Below, one piece after another: positions 32,345 to 43,524 of a stretch of DNA of 64,000 nt; position 1 is the stretch's first letter; each line of letters begins with the position of its first letter. The translations under genes and the position numbers were made by a program. The DNA comes from an uncultured Spirochaetota bacterium (GTDB lineage Bacteria > Spirochaetota > Brevinematia > Brevinematales > JAOACQ01), in contig CAWIGG010000003.1 of the NCBI GenBank assembly GCA_963835575.1, positions 224,001 through 288,000 of the forward strand. Reading direction: 5' to 3'. The notes under the pieces were generated by a model. The model saw only the letters and a list, made by a program, of their open reading frames with translations, searched no databases and had not been told where the DNA came from.

Positions 32345-32929
32345 AATAAGATATCAAAGTCAAATAATAAAAACAATTCGCCACTAATCACAAAAATTAT
32401 AATTGGCTGTATTATAGGCACAATATTTGGTATTATATTAACTAATCTGCCTCAACAGCAAAATAAAGAACCTGATAAAAGGGCAATAAGAATTGAACAA
32501 TTAAAAAAGCTGAAATATGCAGCTAATAATCAATTTCAAAAATATACACCAGAACAATTGTTGCATATTATAAATAGAGATTATGTCCATTACAACTCAG
32601 AATCTTATTTACATGGAGACATGGGGTATTATCAAGATCCCTACGTCACCCTTATTACAAGAAAGGGTGATTGTAAAGCATATGCAATGTTATTTTTAAC
32701 CATAATGAGAGCTGTCTATGGAGTTTCACCTAAATTTGTGGTTATTCATATTGAAGGCGATGAATACCATGCTCTTGTAGAGTGGGAAGATACATTTTAT
32801 GACCTGACATGGAATGAGGTTTATCCTGAGTCCCAATTTGGAGTTATTCATCCATCATATTCTGTTGACCAGAAATACACATATGATGATGCAATTTCTA
32901 TGATAAATTTTCAGGAAGATGAACAATAA
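32345..32929 (+). pseudogene. 5'-truncated membrane-anchored transglutaminase-like cysteine proteinase
   Basis: Frame is open from the IS end; TM helix then KGDCKAYA...HALV...YD. Confidence 0.65.
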
Positions 32930-32937
32930 TAATTCAT

Positions 32938-35900
32938 TTAATCTTTAATTAATTCATTAAATATATCAGTAAAATACATAGTTATTGAATCATAATAGGC
33001 TTCAAATACTGTAATTAATGATGAATCTAAAGATTTCTTATTTTCTAAATTTAATACTTCAATGACAATATATCTACTCACTCTATAAATTGGGTCTTTA
33101 AAATTAGAATTTTCATAATATTTATTTACATCACCATCAAAGTATATTTTAATAATATCTTCTTTTCCTTCAATATAAAATAAGGTTTTAAGATTGTTAA
33201 TGTGCCTTAATAGATATTCTTCAAAACTTTTTTCTTTTTCAATAGCTTTATTGGAAAGGAGAGTATCTGTAATATTATTAGTAAAAAAAGAATATATATT
33301 AGCATATGAAATTGTATGAAGTGAGTTTTTGTCAAATGTTGTGTATGACATACCCTCTCATTTTTTTATGCTGCCTTTTTTACAAGCTCTCCGTTCTCAA
33401 AAACAGCGCCTTCCAATACAAGGCTAATCTTTTCATAACCTCTTAATTTTCTCCATCGCCTGGATGCCTTATCCAGTAATTTATAGACCATTATTAGAAT
33501 CGTTTCCCTGGTTCCGCAGCCTCTCATCTTTTTAGTTCTTAATCGAACTGTAGAGAAGGTAGATTCTATTACGTTTGTCGTACGGATATGTACCCAATGT
33601 TCCGCCGGACAGTTATAAAATTCGATCATAAGCTCCCAATCCTTTTCTAAACATTCGACAGCTGCTGGATATTTAGGATTAAAAACCGCCTGGAATAATT
33701 CAAAAGCTTTGATAGCATTATCCTTATCAGGAGCATTGCATATCTCATGAAGCATCTCTTTTGCCTTTGACTGTAATACTTTGGGCAGCTTGTTTAGAAT
33801 GTTCTTTATCTTATGAACCCAGCATCTCTGCCATCTGGATTCAGGATATACTTCTTTGGCTGCTTTCCAGAATCCAAGGCTTCCGTCTCCGATAAAAAGA
33901 ATAGGACCTTTCAAACCTTTTTCTTTTAGGTTTCTTAATATCCCTAACCAAGTCTCGGAATTCTCTCTGTAACCTTCTTCAACAAGAATAATCTCCTTTT
34001 CACCATTCTCATTGGCTCCGATCATTACAAGAGTGCATAAACGCTCTTCGCTGCCCTGTACATTGAAGTAAATGCCGTCAACCCATATATAGCAATACTT
34101 TTTATCGCTTAAATCGGATGTCCGCCACTCATCATATTCTTTACCCCATCCTTGTTTCATTCTGCTTATACTTGAGGCTGATAATCCTTTCGCTTCTTCA
34201 CCAAGCAATCCTCTCAAGGCATTCTCCATATCCATCTCTGAGACTCCATAGAGATACAACAATGGAATGGCTTCCTCAATTCTCAGGCTTTTTCTCATAT
34301 ACGGCGGTACTATTAGGCTTTGAAAATTGTCGCCTCCGAGTCGGTTCCTTGTTCTCGGAATACATACATCAATAGCCCCTCCACCAATGAGAATCTGACG
34401 GGCTTTATGATACCCATTTCTTACTATTGCCTTTCTCCCGTCTTCGATAGTTAAATGCTCTCTCTCCTGAAGAAACCCATTAATTTCATCTTCCAGAGCC
34501 TTCTTGATTATTTCCCTGGCCCCGATCCTTGCCAATTCTTCAAGACATAAAAATTCTACTGTTTCATCTTGATTAAAAGCCTGTAAGAGCTTAAAATCTT
34601 CGTTGTGCTTCGGCATATGGCGTATTCCTCCTTTTGTTTATTGTCGTAAATAAATTATAGAGGGTACGCCATCTTTTTTATAATATTTATTCCTATACAC
34701 AACTTTCTATTATAACTCTATGAAGTTCACGAATGTTGTTATCCCAGGCACTAAAATTATTTAAAGCAAAATCTATGTAGTTAAACATAAATAATATCAC
34801 AAATGCAAAAATAATTCGCCCTTCAATTTCATCATTGTATTTGCAATATTCTGAGACTGCTGTTTTGATAATGGGCAAGTTGTTAATGATTTTATCTTCT
34901 ATATATGAATTATAAACAGTTTTGGAAAACAGTTCAGTAAATTCTTCATTATCTTGAGAAATGTTTTCTCTTTTAAAATATATGGATGAGGTTTTGAGCT
35001 CAACTTTTGGATTTTCTTCATTTGAATTCTTTAAATCTTTATATTTTTGTTTATTATTTGTATCATTTCCAGCACCAGCTTTTATCAAGGTTTGTATAAC
35101 TTCGGATTGCCCTTCTTTGTTAGCTATCATGAGAACAGTCTTACCATGAATATCTGTTGCATTTATATTTGCTCCATAATCAATCAGTGCTTTAACGGAA
35201 TTATAATCACAATTTTGAATTGCGATCATCAAAGCTGTCATACCTTCATTATCACTAATATTGACATCAGCACCAGCCTCAATCAAAGTTTTAACAACAG
35301 TAAGTTCTCTGTTATAAATAGCATCCATTAAAGGTGTCCATCCAACTTTATCTTTAGCATTTACATCTGCTCCAGCTTTGATTAATAATTCAACAACATC
35401 ATTTTTACCTACTGAAGCGGCAGAAAATAAAGCAGTTTCCCCACTCTCCCCTGTCATATTTATATTAGTCCCAGCTTCGATTAATATTTTTACAGAATCT
35501 AATTGCCCTTTTGAGGCTGCAAAAGACAAAGCAGTAGAACCTTCTAATGTCTTATTAACATCGGCACCCGCTTCAATCAATACTCTAACCGCATCTACTT
35601 GCCCACTATTTGCTGCATGTATTAAAGCTGTCCAACCATGTTTATTCTGATCGTTTACATCAGCCCCTGCCTCAATCAATAATTTAATTGCATCAGCTTT
35701 TCCACATTCGGCTGCTTTGATTAATGCCGTTTCGTTGAAGTCATCTTTCGCATTAATATTAGCTCCAGCCTCAATCAATGCTTTAATTACATCCGTTTTT
35801 CCTTCGCTAGCAGCCCACATTAAAGCTGTTGAATTTGTATTCTCAGTTGAATTAACATTAGCCCCCGCTTTAATTAATGTATTAACTGCTTCTGTCAGTC

Positions 35901-36117
35901 CATTGTTGGATGAGAATAATAAAGCCGAATTACCATATTTATCTTTTACATTAACATTGGCTCCTTTTTTGATTAATTCTATGACAGCTTCAGGTTTCTT
36001 ATTGTAGGCCGCATAAATTAGTGGTGTCCAGCCATCTTCATTTATAGAATTAATATTACCTCTATAATTCTTGATAAATTCAATATCACCATTTTGAATT
36101 GCTTTAAATATGTCCAC
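32938..36117 (-). pseudogene. Large ankyrin-repeat protein with C-terminal domain, split by IS256 copy 2
   Basis: About 10 ankyrin repeats; removing the IS and TSD TATGAAGT restores NNIRELHTISYANIY. Confidence 0.85.
33323..34718 (-). mobile_element. IS256-family element, copy 2 (transposase 33366-34616)
   Basis: One amino acid different from copy 1; 8-bp TSD TATGAAGT. Confidence 0.95.
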
Positions 36118-36170
36118 CTTTTACCCCTTAATATACCAGAGTAATTATAACATATTTATTATAAGAAATT

Positions 36171-36554
36171 TCATTCTTTCTTCCCCATCTCCTCAACACA
36201 ATCAAGCCCAGCATTGATGAGTAGATCATTGAACATGACCTTCTTCTCATTTATCCTGGCTGCATTTGGGAATGCTTTGCCATCAATAATCTTGTCCCTG
36301 GCTTCCTGCAGCTTGTCGTTAATGAAGTCGTAGAACCACATCTTCAGGTGGACTTTGCCCTTGATTGCCTTGCCTATGACTTTGCCCTTTGTCTTAAGCA
36401 GGCTTTCACAACCGTTCTTGATGATAAACTCATTGTAAAAGCGAGCTTTGCCAGCAAACAGCTTCTCTTCATATTTCTTCTCTACTGCAAAATACCTGTC
36501 ATATGTGGACTTTGAAACTGTGAAAGTGCTGAAGGACAGCTTTTCTGTGGCAAT
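36171..36554 (-). CDS. Unannotated 127-aa ORF with ATT start, or start-mutated pseudogene
   Basis: Stop-free frame IATEKLSFSTF...EEMGKKE with AGGGG upstream. Confidence 0.55.
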   Translation of the reverse strand: MATEKLSFSTFTVSKSTYDRYFAVEKKYEEKLFAGKARFYNEFIIKNGCESLLKTKGKVIGKAIKGKVHLKMWFYDFINDKLQEARDKIIDGKAFPNAARINEKKVMFNDLLINAGLDCVEEMGKKE

Positions 36555-36575
36555 ATTCTTCCCCTAATATTTTTG

Positions 36576-38060
36576 CTAATTGTCTTGTAAAACACTTTCT
36601 TTTTGTTCCTCGAAATATTGATATAAATTATTCTCGTATTCATAGAGTTGCTCTTCGGTGTAAATGAATAAATAATCGAGGATTGCTTTATTGATTGCTA
36701 AATACCTGATGTCAGATTCTCTCAATCGCGCCAGGATGTTTGCCATATAAACAATATAAACAACAGATTTATCAGGAAGCGGAGCAGACATTGGCTGATG
36801 ATGGAATTGAATTGCGGAAATAACAGAGTCCGGGAAATTCCATTTTCGAACTATCTCAGCGCCTAATGTTGCATGCGATAAACCCAGGGCCAATTTCTCT
36901 ATTATGTCCTCGTTTATTCCTTTATCCTCACAATGCTTTTTTATATTATCCAGCAAATTGGGATGCAAGAATTTTAAAACTATTTTTCCTATGTCATGTA
37001 ATAGTCCTCCCAAGTAACACTCATCTGCCATTGTCAAAAGGTTTTTGTCCCTGCAAATTTTATAAGCATAGGAAGCGCAGCGGAATGCATGTTCCCAAAT
37101 TTCCTCCTGTAATCCGTATTTCCCAGAAAATACCTTCTGCACACCTAGGGAATACAATAGATTTTTTAAACCATTTATTCCAATAAATGATAAGGCATTC
37201 AAAATATTGCTGACCTTCGATGTCAGCATGTACTGAGCTGAATTAACCAACCGGAGAATATCGGACGTTAAACCCAGGTCGCTATGAATAATTGCCGCAA
37301 CCCGTCCAAAATCAACAGCTTCATTACAGATTAAATTGAGAATATGAGTTATGTTTTCCGGAAACGCGGGTAATTCGTCGATTTCTTTTGCGATATCGTC
37401 CGAAATCAAAATTGCTTTTTTAGTACTCACAGAATCTAAAGGTATTTTTATAGTTATTTTTGTTTTACCCATTGCATCGTCAGATTTAAATATATAAGCA
37501 GAATCATCCAGTCCCAAATGCCGCAGCATCATCAGGGATGTAATTATTCCCAGACCGGCGCTTTCTTCTTTATTAGACAATGTAGTATAGGCTTCAAGAA
37601 TATCACGGGTTTTTTTGAAATTTATAAAGATATTTGCGATTCTATTTTTTTCTTGGTCGGTCATTGAAACATTATTGATAACATAAAATTCAAATACCCG
37701 GTCTTTAAGGTGAAAGCCGATTTGAGTGTTAAACGAAAATTTGTGTAAAGTATTTTCATAGTAGGTCCGGTTTTTGTTTATATCAATTAAAAAATGTTTC
37801 ATCACATCGTCATAGGTCTTTTTATTATTTATATCCCAGTTATTCATTAAAAAATAAGCCCTCTTCAAGAGAGCCCTCTTGGTGTTATCAATCAACTCGC
37901 GAAATATGTAGGAAATTTCATCTTTTAATAACGATAAATTGATTGAATCTAAAATTGAATTTAAGACAGAATTCAATTCATCGATATTTTTGTCAGAAAT
38001 ATACAGGTAGTTAAAAACAATCGGTTTCGTTTTTATATTATCAACAATTACATCATTCAT
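36576..38060 (-). CDS. HDOD-domain signalling protein with N-terminal HATPase-like region
   Basis: LPAFP...LRLVNSA...LLHDIGK...HHQP; ELIDN and SAGLG in the N-terminal half. Confidence 0.85.
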   Translation of the reverse strand: MNDVIVDNIKTKPIVFNYLYISDKNIDELNSVLNSILDSINLSLLKDEISYIFRELIDNTKRALLKRAYFLMNNWDINNKKTYDDVMKHFLIDINKNRTYYENTLHKFSFNTQIGFHLKDRVFEFYVINNVSMTDQEKNRIANIFINFKKTRDILEAYTTLSNKEESAGLGIITSLMMLRHLGLDDSAYIFKSDDAMGKTKITIKIPLDSVSTKKAILISDDIAKEIDELPAFPENITHILNLICNEAVDFGRVAAIIHSDLGLTSDILRLVNSAQYMLTSKVSNILNALSFIGINGLKNLLYSLGVQKVFSGKYGLQEEIWEHAFRCASYAYKICRDKNLLTMADECYLGGLLHDIGKIVLKFLHPNLLDNIKKHCEDKGINEDIIEKLALGLSHATLGAEIVRKWNFPDSVISAIQFHHQPMSAPLPDKSVVYIVYMANILARLRESDIRYLAINKAILDYLFIYTEEQLYEYENNLYQYFEEQKESVLQDN

Positions 38061-38133
38061 TACACATTCCCCAAAGGAAAATCTACGGTTTTTAATTAAT
38101 ATTTTCAAATAAAAAAATAGATTTAAAGTAATA

Positions 38134-38336
38134 GGGGTTACCTTGGAATTCGGAAAAAATAGTACGCTAACGAAATATAAATCTATCCATCTTATTATAT
38201 AATAAGAACTTAAAAATATCATCAATTTCAGATGATAACCCAAATCTTATGATTTTATCGGATTCAGTAACTCTTTACCCGGTAATGATATTATAATTCT
38301 TAACGTACAAAAATATCCAAATTCCAAGGTAACCCC
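38134..38336. mobile_element. 203-bp Tn3-type MITE, copy A
   Basis: 38-bp IRs GGGGTTACCTTGGAATT...TACG(C/T)TAA(C/G). Confidence 0.85.
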
Positions 38337-38888
38337 ATGTACAGCGCCGTGATCCGGCTCATGGGTTTCTGCGGTCTCCGGGCCTCTGAAGTTATCGGAC
38401 ATGAAAAACGTGAGGGGGGCGGCCTCCGGATCCGGGACATTGATCTTACTTCCGGAGAAATTATAATCAGGGACGCGAAGGACACCAGGGCGAAAGAAAA
38501 ACGGCAGAAGAAGAACAAAACAGGGCGGGTAGTCTTCGCCCAAGGGGAAACCCTCGAGGCTATGCGGTCCTGGTGGACGAAAACAAGATCCTTCCTACCC
38601 GGCCAGGATCCGGAAGATTATTTTTTCTGTAACCGGTTCGGGGGAAAAATTAACAACAGCCAGCTGAGGAGAGCATTTCGTATATACGGTGCCAAGGCCG
38701 GGATCCCGCAAGAAAAGCGTCATCCCCATGCATTACGACATTCAGCCGGTACGCGGTTTTATAAGGTTACAAAAGACCTGCTTATAACTCAAAAAATACT
38801 CGGCCATGCAAACGCCCATGAAACCGTCCGTTATGCCCATGTATCCGGCGCTGACATCGAGGAAACGATGAAAAGGGTATTGGGGTAA
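38337..38888 (+). CDS. Tyrosine recombinase copy 1 (N-terminally shortened, in frame)
   Basis: GLRASE, HALRH, LGH, RY catalytic set. Confidence 0.85.
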   Translation: MYSAVIRLMGFCGLRASEVIGHEKREGGGLRIRDIDLTSGEIIIRDAKDTRAKEKRQKKNKTGRVVFAQGETLEAMRSWWTKTRSFLPGQDPEDYFFCNRFGGKINNSQLRRAFRIYGAKAGIPQEKRHPHALRHSAGTRFYKVTKDLLITQKILGHANAHETVRYAHVSGADIEETMKRVLG

Positions 38889-38899
38889 TTTGAACTGAC

Positions 38900-41014
38900 C
38901 TATTTGTCGAATTTAAATTTTTCATTTGAACTTATAGTCATTCCACTTTCCAGTAAATTTTTCAAAATATCTGTTAATTCAATACATCTACTAACACTAC
39001 ATATCCATCTCATAATGTTTTTATATTCAGATTCAAATTTAAGATCCATATACATTTCAAGTAGATATTTTTTATTTGGTTCAGTATAATCGGTTTTTAT
39101 TGCTACGCTATTATAATCTTTGATTGATAATGATATTTCGTTGATTATATATAATACCTAAATTCCCAAAGTAAAAATACCAAATGGGGCCCCAATCTGT
39201 TATAATATATTGCTTTACAAAACAACAGAAGGAGCACCCAAATGGTGAAAAACATCAAAGTTGGTTTTACGGCGCAGGATTTGAGCAGCGTGAGCGGGAT
39301 TTATCCCGTGCTGGTATTTTTGAAAAAGATTGGGTTCAATCAGTTGCTCAAAAAATTTATTCCAGCGCGGGAATATTGTAACCAGAAATTCTCGTTCGAG
39401 CAAATTATTACGGGAATCGTGTGCGCGCTGATGGCAGGGTATAACCGGATCAAGAAGGTCGAGAATTTTACTGAAGATCCATTGTTCCGGGCAGCTCTGG
39501 GCTTGAAAGGGCCGATCAGTGATTCTACGATCATCAAGCGGATTGAAAACGTTGGTATGAAAGAATCTTACGCGATGAATGAGTTGAACGGAAAGCTTTC
39601 CCGCAAAGTCCACGCGAAGTTCCGGGTAAAAACGAAAATCGTGGACTGCGATTCGACCGTCAAGACGGTTTACGGAAGCCAGGAAGGAGCGGCGGCAGGC
39701 TACAATCCGCATAAAAAGGGAGCGAAGAGCTATCATCCGCTTCTGGCATTCCTGAACAGCACAAGGGAATGTATTCTCTCCTATTTCAGGCCGGGCGACG
39801 CTTACACAGCGAATAACGCGCCTGAATTTATCCGGCACATTTACGGAATACTCCATACCGGCTGGAAAAAACTTGTGTTCCGGATGGACAGCGGATTTTT
39901 CGACGGAAGGATTTTCGATGTCATCGAAGAAATGAAAGGGGCTTTTTTTCTGGTCAAAGCCAAAATGAAAAACCTCGCGGCGTTTCTGGAAAACAGGGGT
40001 TGGACAGCGGTTCCGGATCGAAGCGGCTGGGAACAGGCGGAATTTGAGTACCGGGCGCATGGATGGAAACATGCGAGGCGGTTCATAGCTGTCAGAAAGC
40101 TGATCCGGATAGAAACGGAAGGGCTGGTATTCCCGAAAGCGGTTTATGACTATTTTTGCTATTGTACGAATATGCGTTTGAAACCTTGGCAGGGCCATAA
40201 ATTTTACGGTGACCGGGGTACGTGTGAAAACTGGATCGAAGCCGTGAAGCAGCAGATGTTCGCCGGGATGCTTCTGACGCAAGATTTCTGGGTGAATGAT
40301 TTTCTGTGGAGCTGCAGCGTGCTGGCGTATAACGTTGGAATCTGGATGCGGTATCTGGTTGACCGGAAAAGTCACCGGGAAGAACCGGAAACATTCCGGG
40401 CGTGGTTTATTCGGGTTGCGGGGAAAATCGTGAGACAGGGCCATCAGGTAAAACTGGTGTTGAGCCGTTATTTTGCGGATAAGGACCGGTGGCGGAAATT
40501 TTACTGCCACTTATGTGAGCTGCAGATATAGCGAGTTCCCAACCGGATGATGTGAAGGCCGCCACAAGGGTGTGTTGCGCCCGGAGCAGCGGAATTTGTG
40601 GATTTACGAGTATTCAGGCATCGCCAAGGCTTGTAATTGCAGCAGCCGCGAGACTGGGATGATAAACCGATGCCAAGCAGTGCCGCGCAAGGCTGATTTC
40701 AAGCGGAAATCGCGGAACTCTGGGAATTTAGGTAATACTTTATTTTTTGCAAAATCTAATGAATGTTCATAACCATATTTATCCAAGGTCATATTTTTTG
40801 GATACCCCATTATACGAAATAATTTCGGAATCTCTTTGTCATATTTCATATAAAGATAGTCAACCTTAATGTTGTCTGATTTATTGCCAAAAATTATAAA
40901 ATATTCATAATCCAACGTTGATTGGTTTATGGAAGTATCAGGAAGCTTTGCTATTATTATATATATAAATCCTAATAGCGGATGATAACCCCTTGATATA
41001 ATAAAATCACCCAT
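38900..41014 (-). pseudogene. Hypothetical gene split by IS1380
   Basis: Removing the IS and TSD restores KNKVLYIINEISL...KFDK-stop. Confidence 0.7.
39157..40732 (+). mobile_element. IS1380-family element (transposase 39242-40531)
   Basis: TIR CCTAAATTCCCA; 5-bp TSD TAATA; DCDST, YHPL, RMDSGF, RGTCENWI. Confidence 0.93.
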
Positions 41015-41067
41015 AATATCCTCTTATAATCATTTATTATTAGCACTTTTATAACTAATTGGGTTAC

Positions 41068-41259
41068 TTACTCTTCATCTTTTTTATGAATATCCATTTC
41101 CTCGCCCATTTTAATACTTCTAAGTGCGGATATCTGAGGTTTTACCGGAGGTTCAGGTTGCGGTTTAGTTTCTATCTTTGGAACTTTGTTATTCTGAGCC
41201 TGAGTATTTACAACTGGTTGCTGATCAGCTTTTAAAGGGGTTTTATCTTCATTTGATAT
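41068..41259 (-). CDS. Putative 63-aa Pro-rich peptide (ATA start or readthrough)
   Basis: Paralogous to 41269-41400. Confidence 0.45.
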   Translation of the reverse strand: MSNEDKTPLKADQQPVVNTQAQNNKVPKIETKPQPEPPVKPQISALRSIKMGEEMDIHKKDEE

Positions 41260-41268
41260 AAATAACCC

Positions 41269-41400
41269 CTAACGTCCACCCGGAACTTTATTAGTCTCGG
41301 GAGTATGTTTGCCTTCTTTAATGCTCCTAATCCCCGATGGAACTGGTTTTTGTGGTGGTGCATTTGTATTAATTTTAGGTTCCTTGTTATCGTTTGCCAT
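41269..41400 (-). CDS. 43-aa Pro-rich peptide
   Basis: AAGGAG SD plus ATG; MANDNKEPK...PPQKPVPSGIRSIKEG. Confidence 0.6.
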   Translation of the reverse strand: MANDNKEPKINTNAPPQKPVPSGIRSIKEGKHTPETNKVPGGR

Positions 41401-41411
41401 AATATAACTCC

Positions 41412-42065
41412 TTATTTTTTGTTTGCCGCCGCTGATATTTTGTTTGTAGCGGTGGGGGTTTCAAATTTTAAAATTTTATTTGTTATTTCAACTTTAGTAA
41501 TACTCTCTTTTGGATATTTAAAAAGCGAATATGAATAAAAACAATATGTAAAAAATATTAAAATCAGAGTAAACGCAATAAACACATGCGTCGTATAAAG
41601 ATACCCTGATTTTTCATCATTTGTCACCGTGTTTGCATCAACTGCATTAGTATAATAATTTATGAACAATTCGTCATCATCATTATTAATATTTTCTTCT
41701 TTCTGTGCGGTCGATAAATTATTGAAAAAGGGATCGTCGTAATAATTTTTAATATCATTTAAATCTTTAAGAATACTTGATGGCAAAGGAAGATATTTAT
41801 ATTCGTGACCAAGATAAAACTTATATAAGTAAAAGATTGATGCTAAAAATAAAGCAATACTTATTCCTAACAGAATTAGTGTAACAACCTCAAATTTACA
41901 ATTTAAAATTTTATCCAACAACCCTTGAGATATATAGATTAAAGTCGCCCCAGATATTGATAATAGGGTAATAGTTATATTTGACTGATTATTTAGGTCA
42001 TTTTTTCTGGTGAACTCAAAAGCGTATAATGATTTTAGCATTTCAGCAGTTTCATTACGATTCAT
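41412..42065 (-). CDS. Hypothetical three-TM membrane protein
   Basis: Two N-terminal and one C-terminal hydrophobic helices. Confidence 0.65.
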   Translation of the reverse strand: MNRNETAEMLKSLYAFEFTRKNDLNNQSNITITLLSISGATLIYISQGLLDKILNCKFEVVTLILLGISIALFLASIFYLYKFYLGHEYKYLPLPSSILKDLNDIKNYYDDPFFNNLSTAQKEENINNDDDELFINYYTNAVDANTVTNDEKSGYLYTTHVFIAFTLILIFFTYCFYSYSLFKYPKESITKVEITNKILKFETPTATNKISAAANKK

Positions 42066-42182
42066 AACGCCCCCATAAAAACAGTGATAAATTCTATGAT
42101 TAATACCAAATTTAATTATATGTTGTTAAATCAAGAATGTCAATCGGGTACGCAAGATGCCCCGCCTTGATAACTCCCTATA

Positions 42183-42220
42183 GGGGTCGGCTCACGAAAC
42201 GGAAATTTAACCACGTTAAG
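42183..42220 (+). mobile_element. Tn3-family 38-bp terminal repeat
   Basis: GGGGTCGGCTCACGAAACGGAAATTTAACCACGTTAAG. Confidence 0.8.
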
Positions 42221-42297
42221 GATTTTCAATGGGGGTAAGTTAGGCTGATCCTACGCCAGCCCCTCAGCCTGGTTACTCTGACCAAACTGTAAAATAA

Positions 42298-42374
42298 GTA
42301 CCGAAAATAACTTTACAATTCCGAAAGTCCCGGATATACTAAATTGAGTACCGAAAATACATTATTTTCGGTAC
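42298..42374. promoter_or_regulatory. Putative recombinase binding/crossover site
   Basis: GTACCGAAAATA direct repeat plus inverted pair GTACCGAAAA-TACATTA-TTTTCGGTAC. Confidence 0.6.
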
Positions 42375-42388
42375 ATGAGGCTATTTTA

Positions 42389-43021
42389 ATGGAAATGACT
42401 GTTTTCATGACTGACGATGAAATTACCAGGCTCCTGCGGTCATTCAACCCCAGGATGACGAACGGGATCATGTACAACGCCGTGATCCGGCTCATGGGTT
42501 TCTGCGGCCTCCGGGCTTCCGAAGTTATCGGACATGAAAAACGAGAGGGGGGCGGCCTCCGGATCCGGGACATTGATCTCACTTCCGGAGAAATTACAAT
42601 CCGGGACGCAAAGGACACCAGGGCGAAAGAAAAACGGCAGAAGAAGAACAAAACAGGGCGAGTAGTTTTCGCCCAGGGGGAAACCCTCGAGGCCATGCGC
42701 ACCTGGTGGACAAAAACAAGATCCTCCCTACCCGGCCAGGCTCCGGAAGATTATTTTTTCTGTAACCGGTTCGGGAGGAAAATAAACAACAGTCAGCTGA
42801 GGAGGGCTTTTCGTATATACGGGAACAAGGCCGGGATCCCGCAAGAAAAGCGGCATCCCCATGCATTACGTCATTCAGCCGGTACGAGGTTTTACAAGGT
42901 TACAAAAGACCTGCTTATAACACAAAAAATACTCGGTCATGCAAACGCTCATGAAACCGTCCGTTATGCCCATGTGTCCGGCGCTGACATCGAGGAAACG
43001 ATGAAAAGGGTATTGGGATAA
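42389..43021 (+). CDS. Tyrosine recombinase copy 2 (full length, 210 aa)
   Basis: GAGG SD; FMTDDEITRLL N-terminus; R-H-R-H-Y catalytic residues. Confidence 0.9.
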   Translation: MEMTVFMTDDEITRLLRSFNPRMTNGIMYNAVIRLMGFCGLRASEVIGHEKREGGGLRIRDIDLTSGEITIRDAKDTRAKEKRQKKNKTGRVVFAQGETLEAMRTWWTKTRSSLPGQAPEDYFFCNRFGRKINNSQLRRAFRIYGNKAGIPQEKRHPHALRHSAGTRFYKVTKDLLITQKILGHANAHETVRYAHVSGADIEETMKRVLG

Positions 43022-43062
43022 TTTAAAGGCTCTGGATAAGCCGTTAAGGGGGGGGGGAGAAA

Positions 43063-43524
43063 ATGGATATTTTTGAAGCGGCTCGCAATGGCAATGTTGC
43101 GTTTATTAAGAGTTATAAAGGTGATATCAACGCGGTGAATAAAGATAGCTGGACGGCTTTGATGTGTGCAGTCTACCAGGGCAATCTGGACGCTGTCAAA
43201 GCATTGATCGAGGCTAAGGCTAATGTCAGCGCTGTGGATATAAACGGCAGGACGGCTTTGCATGAGGCGGCTCTGTGGAGGTTCGCTGATGCGGTTAAGG
43301 TATTGATTGAGGCAAAAGCCGATGTCAACGCTGTGGATAAATGGGGCTGGACACCTTTGTTTGAGGCAGCTCGCATTGGTCAAACAGACACGGTTAAAGT
43401 ATTGATCGAGGCAAAAGCCAATGTTAACGCGAAAGATACAAACGGTAAGACGGCTTTGATGCTCGCGACTGTATGTGAGCGCATGGACGTGGTTACAGAA
43501 TTAAAAAAAGCTGGCGCGGAATAG
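43063..43524 (+). CDS. Small ankyrin-repeat protein (ank1)
   Basis: 33-aa TAL/TPL repeats. Confidence 0.9.
   Translation: MDIFEAARNGNVAFIKSYKGDINAVNKDSWTALMCAVYQGNLDAVKALIEAKANVSAVDINGRTALHEAALWRFADAVKVLIEAKADVNAVDKWGWTPLFEAARIGQTDTVKVLIEAKANVNAKDTNGKTALMLATVCERMDVVTELKKAGAE

Noticed and set aside
30949..34718. Composite transposon formed by the two IS256 copies
   Set aside because: Copy 2 has its own TSD and the outer flanks do not match.
39215..40510. 431-aa antisense ORF
   Set aside because: Shadow of the IS1380 transposase with no recognisable motifs. The same applies to most short antisense ORFs over cas, groEL, ankyrin and recombinase genes.
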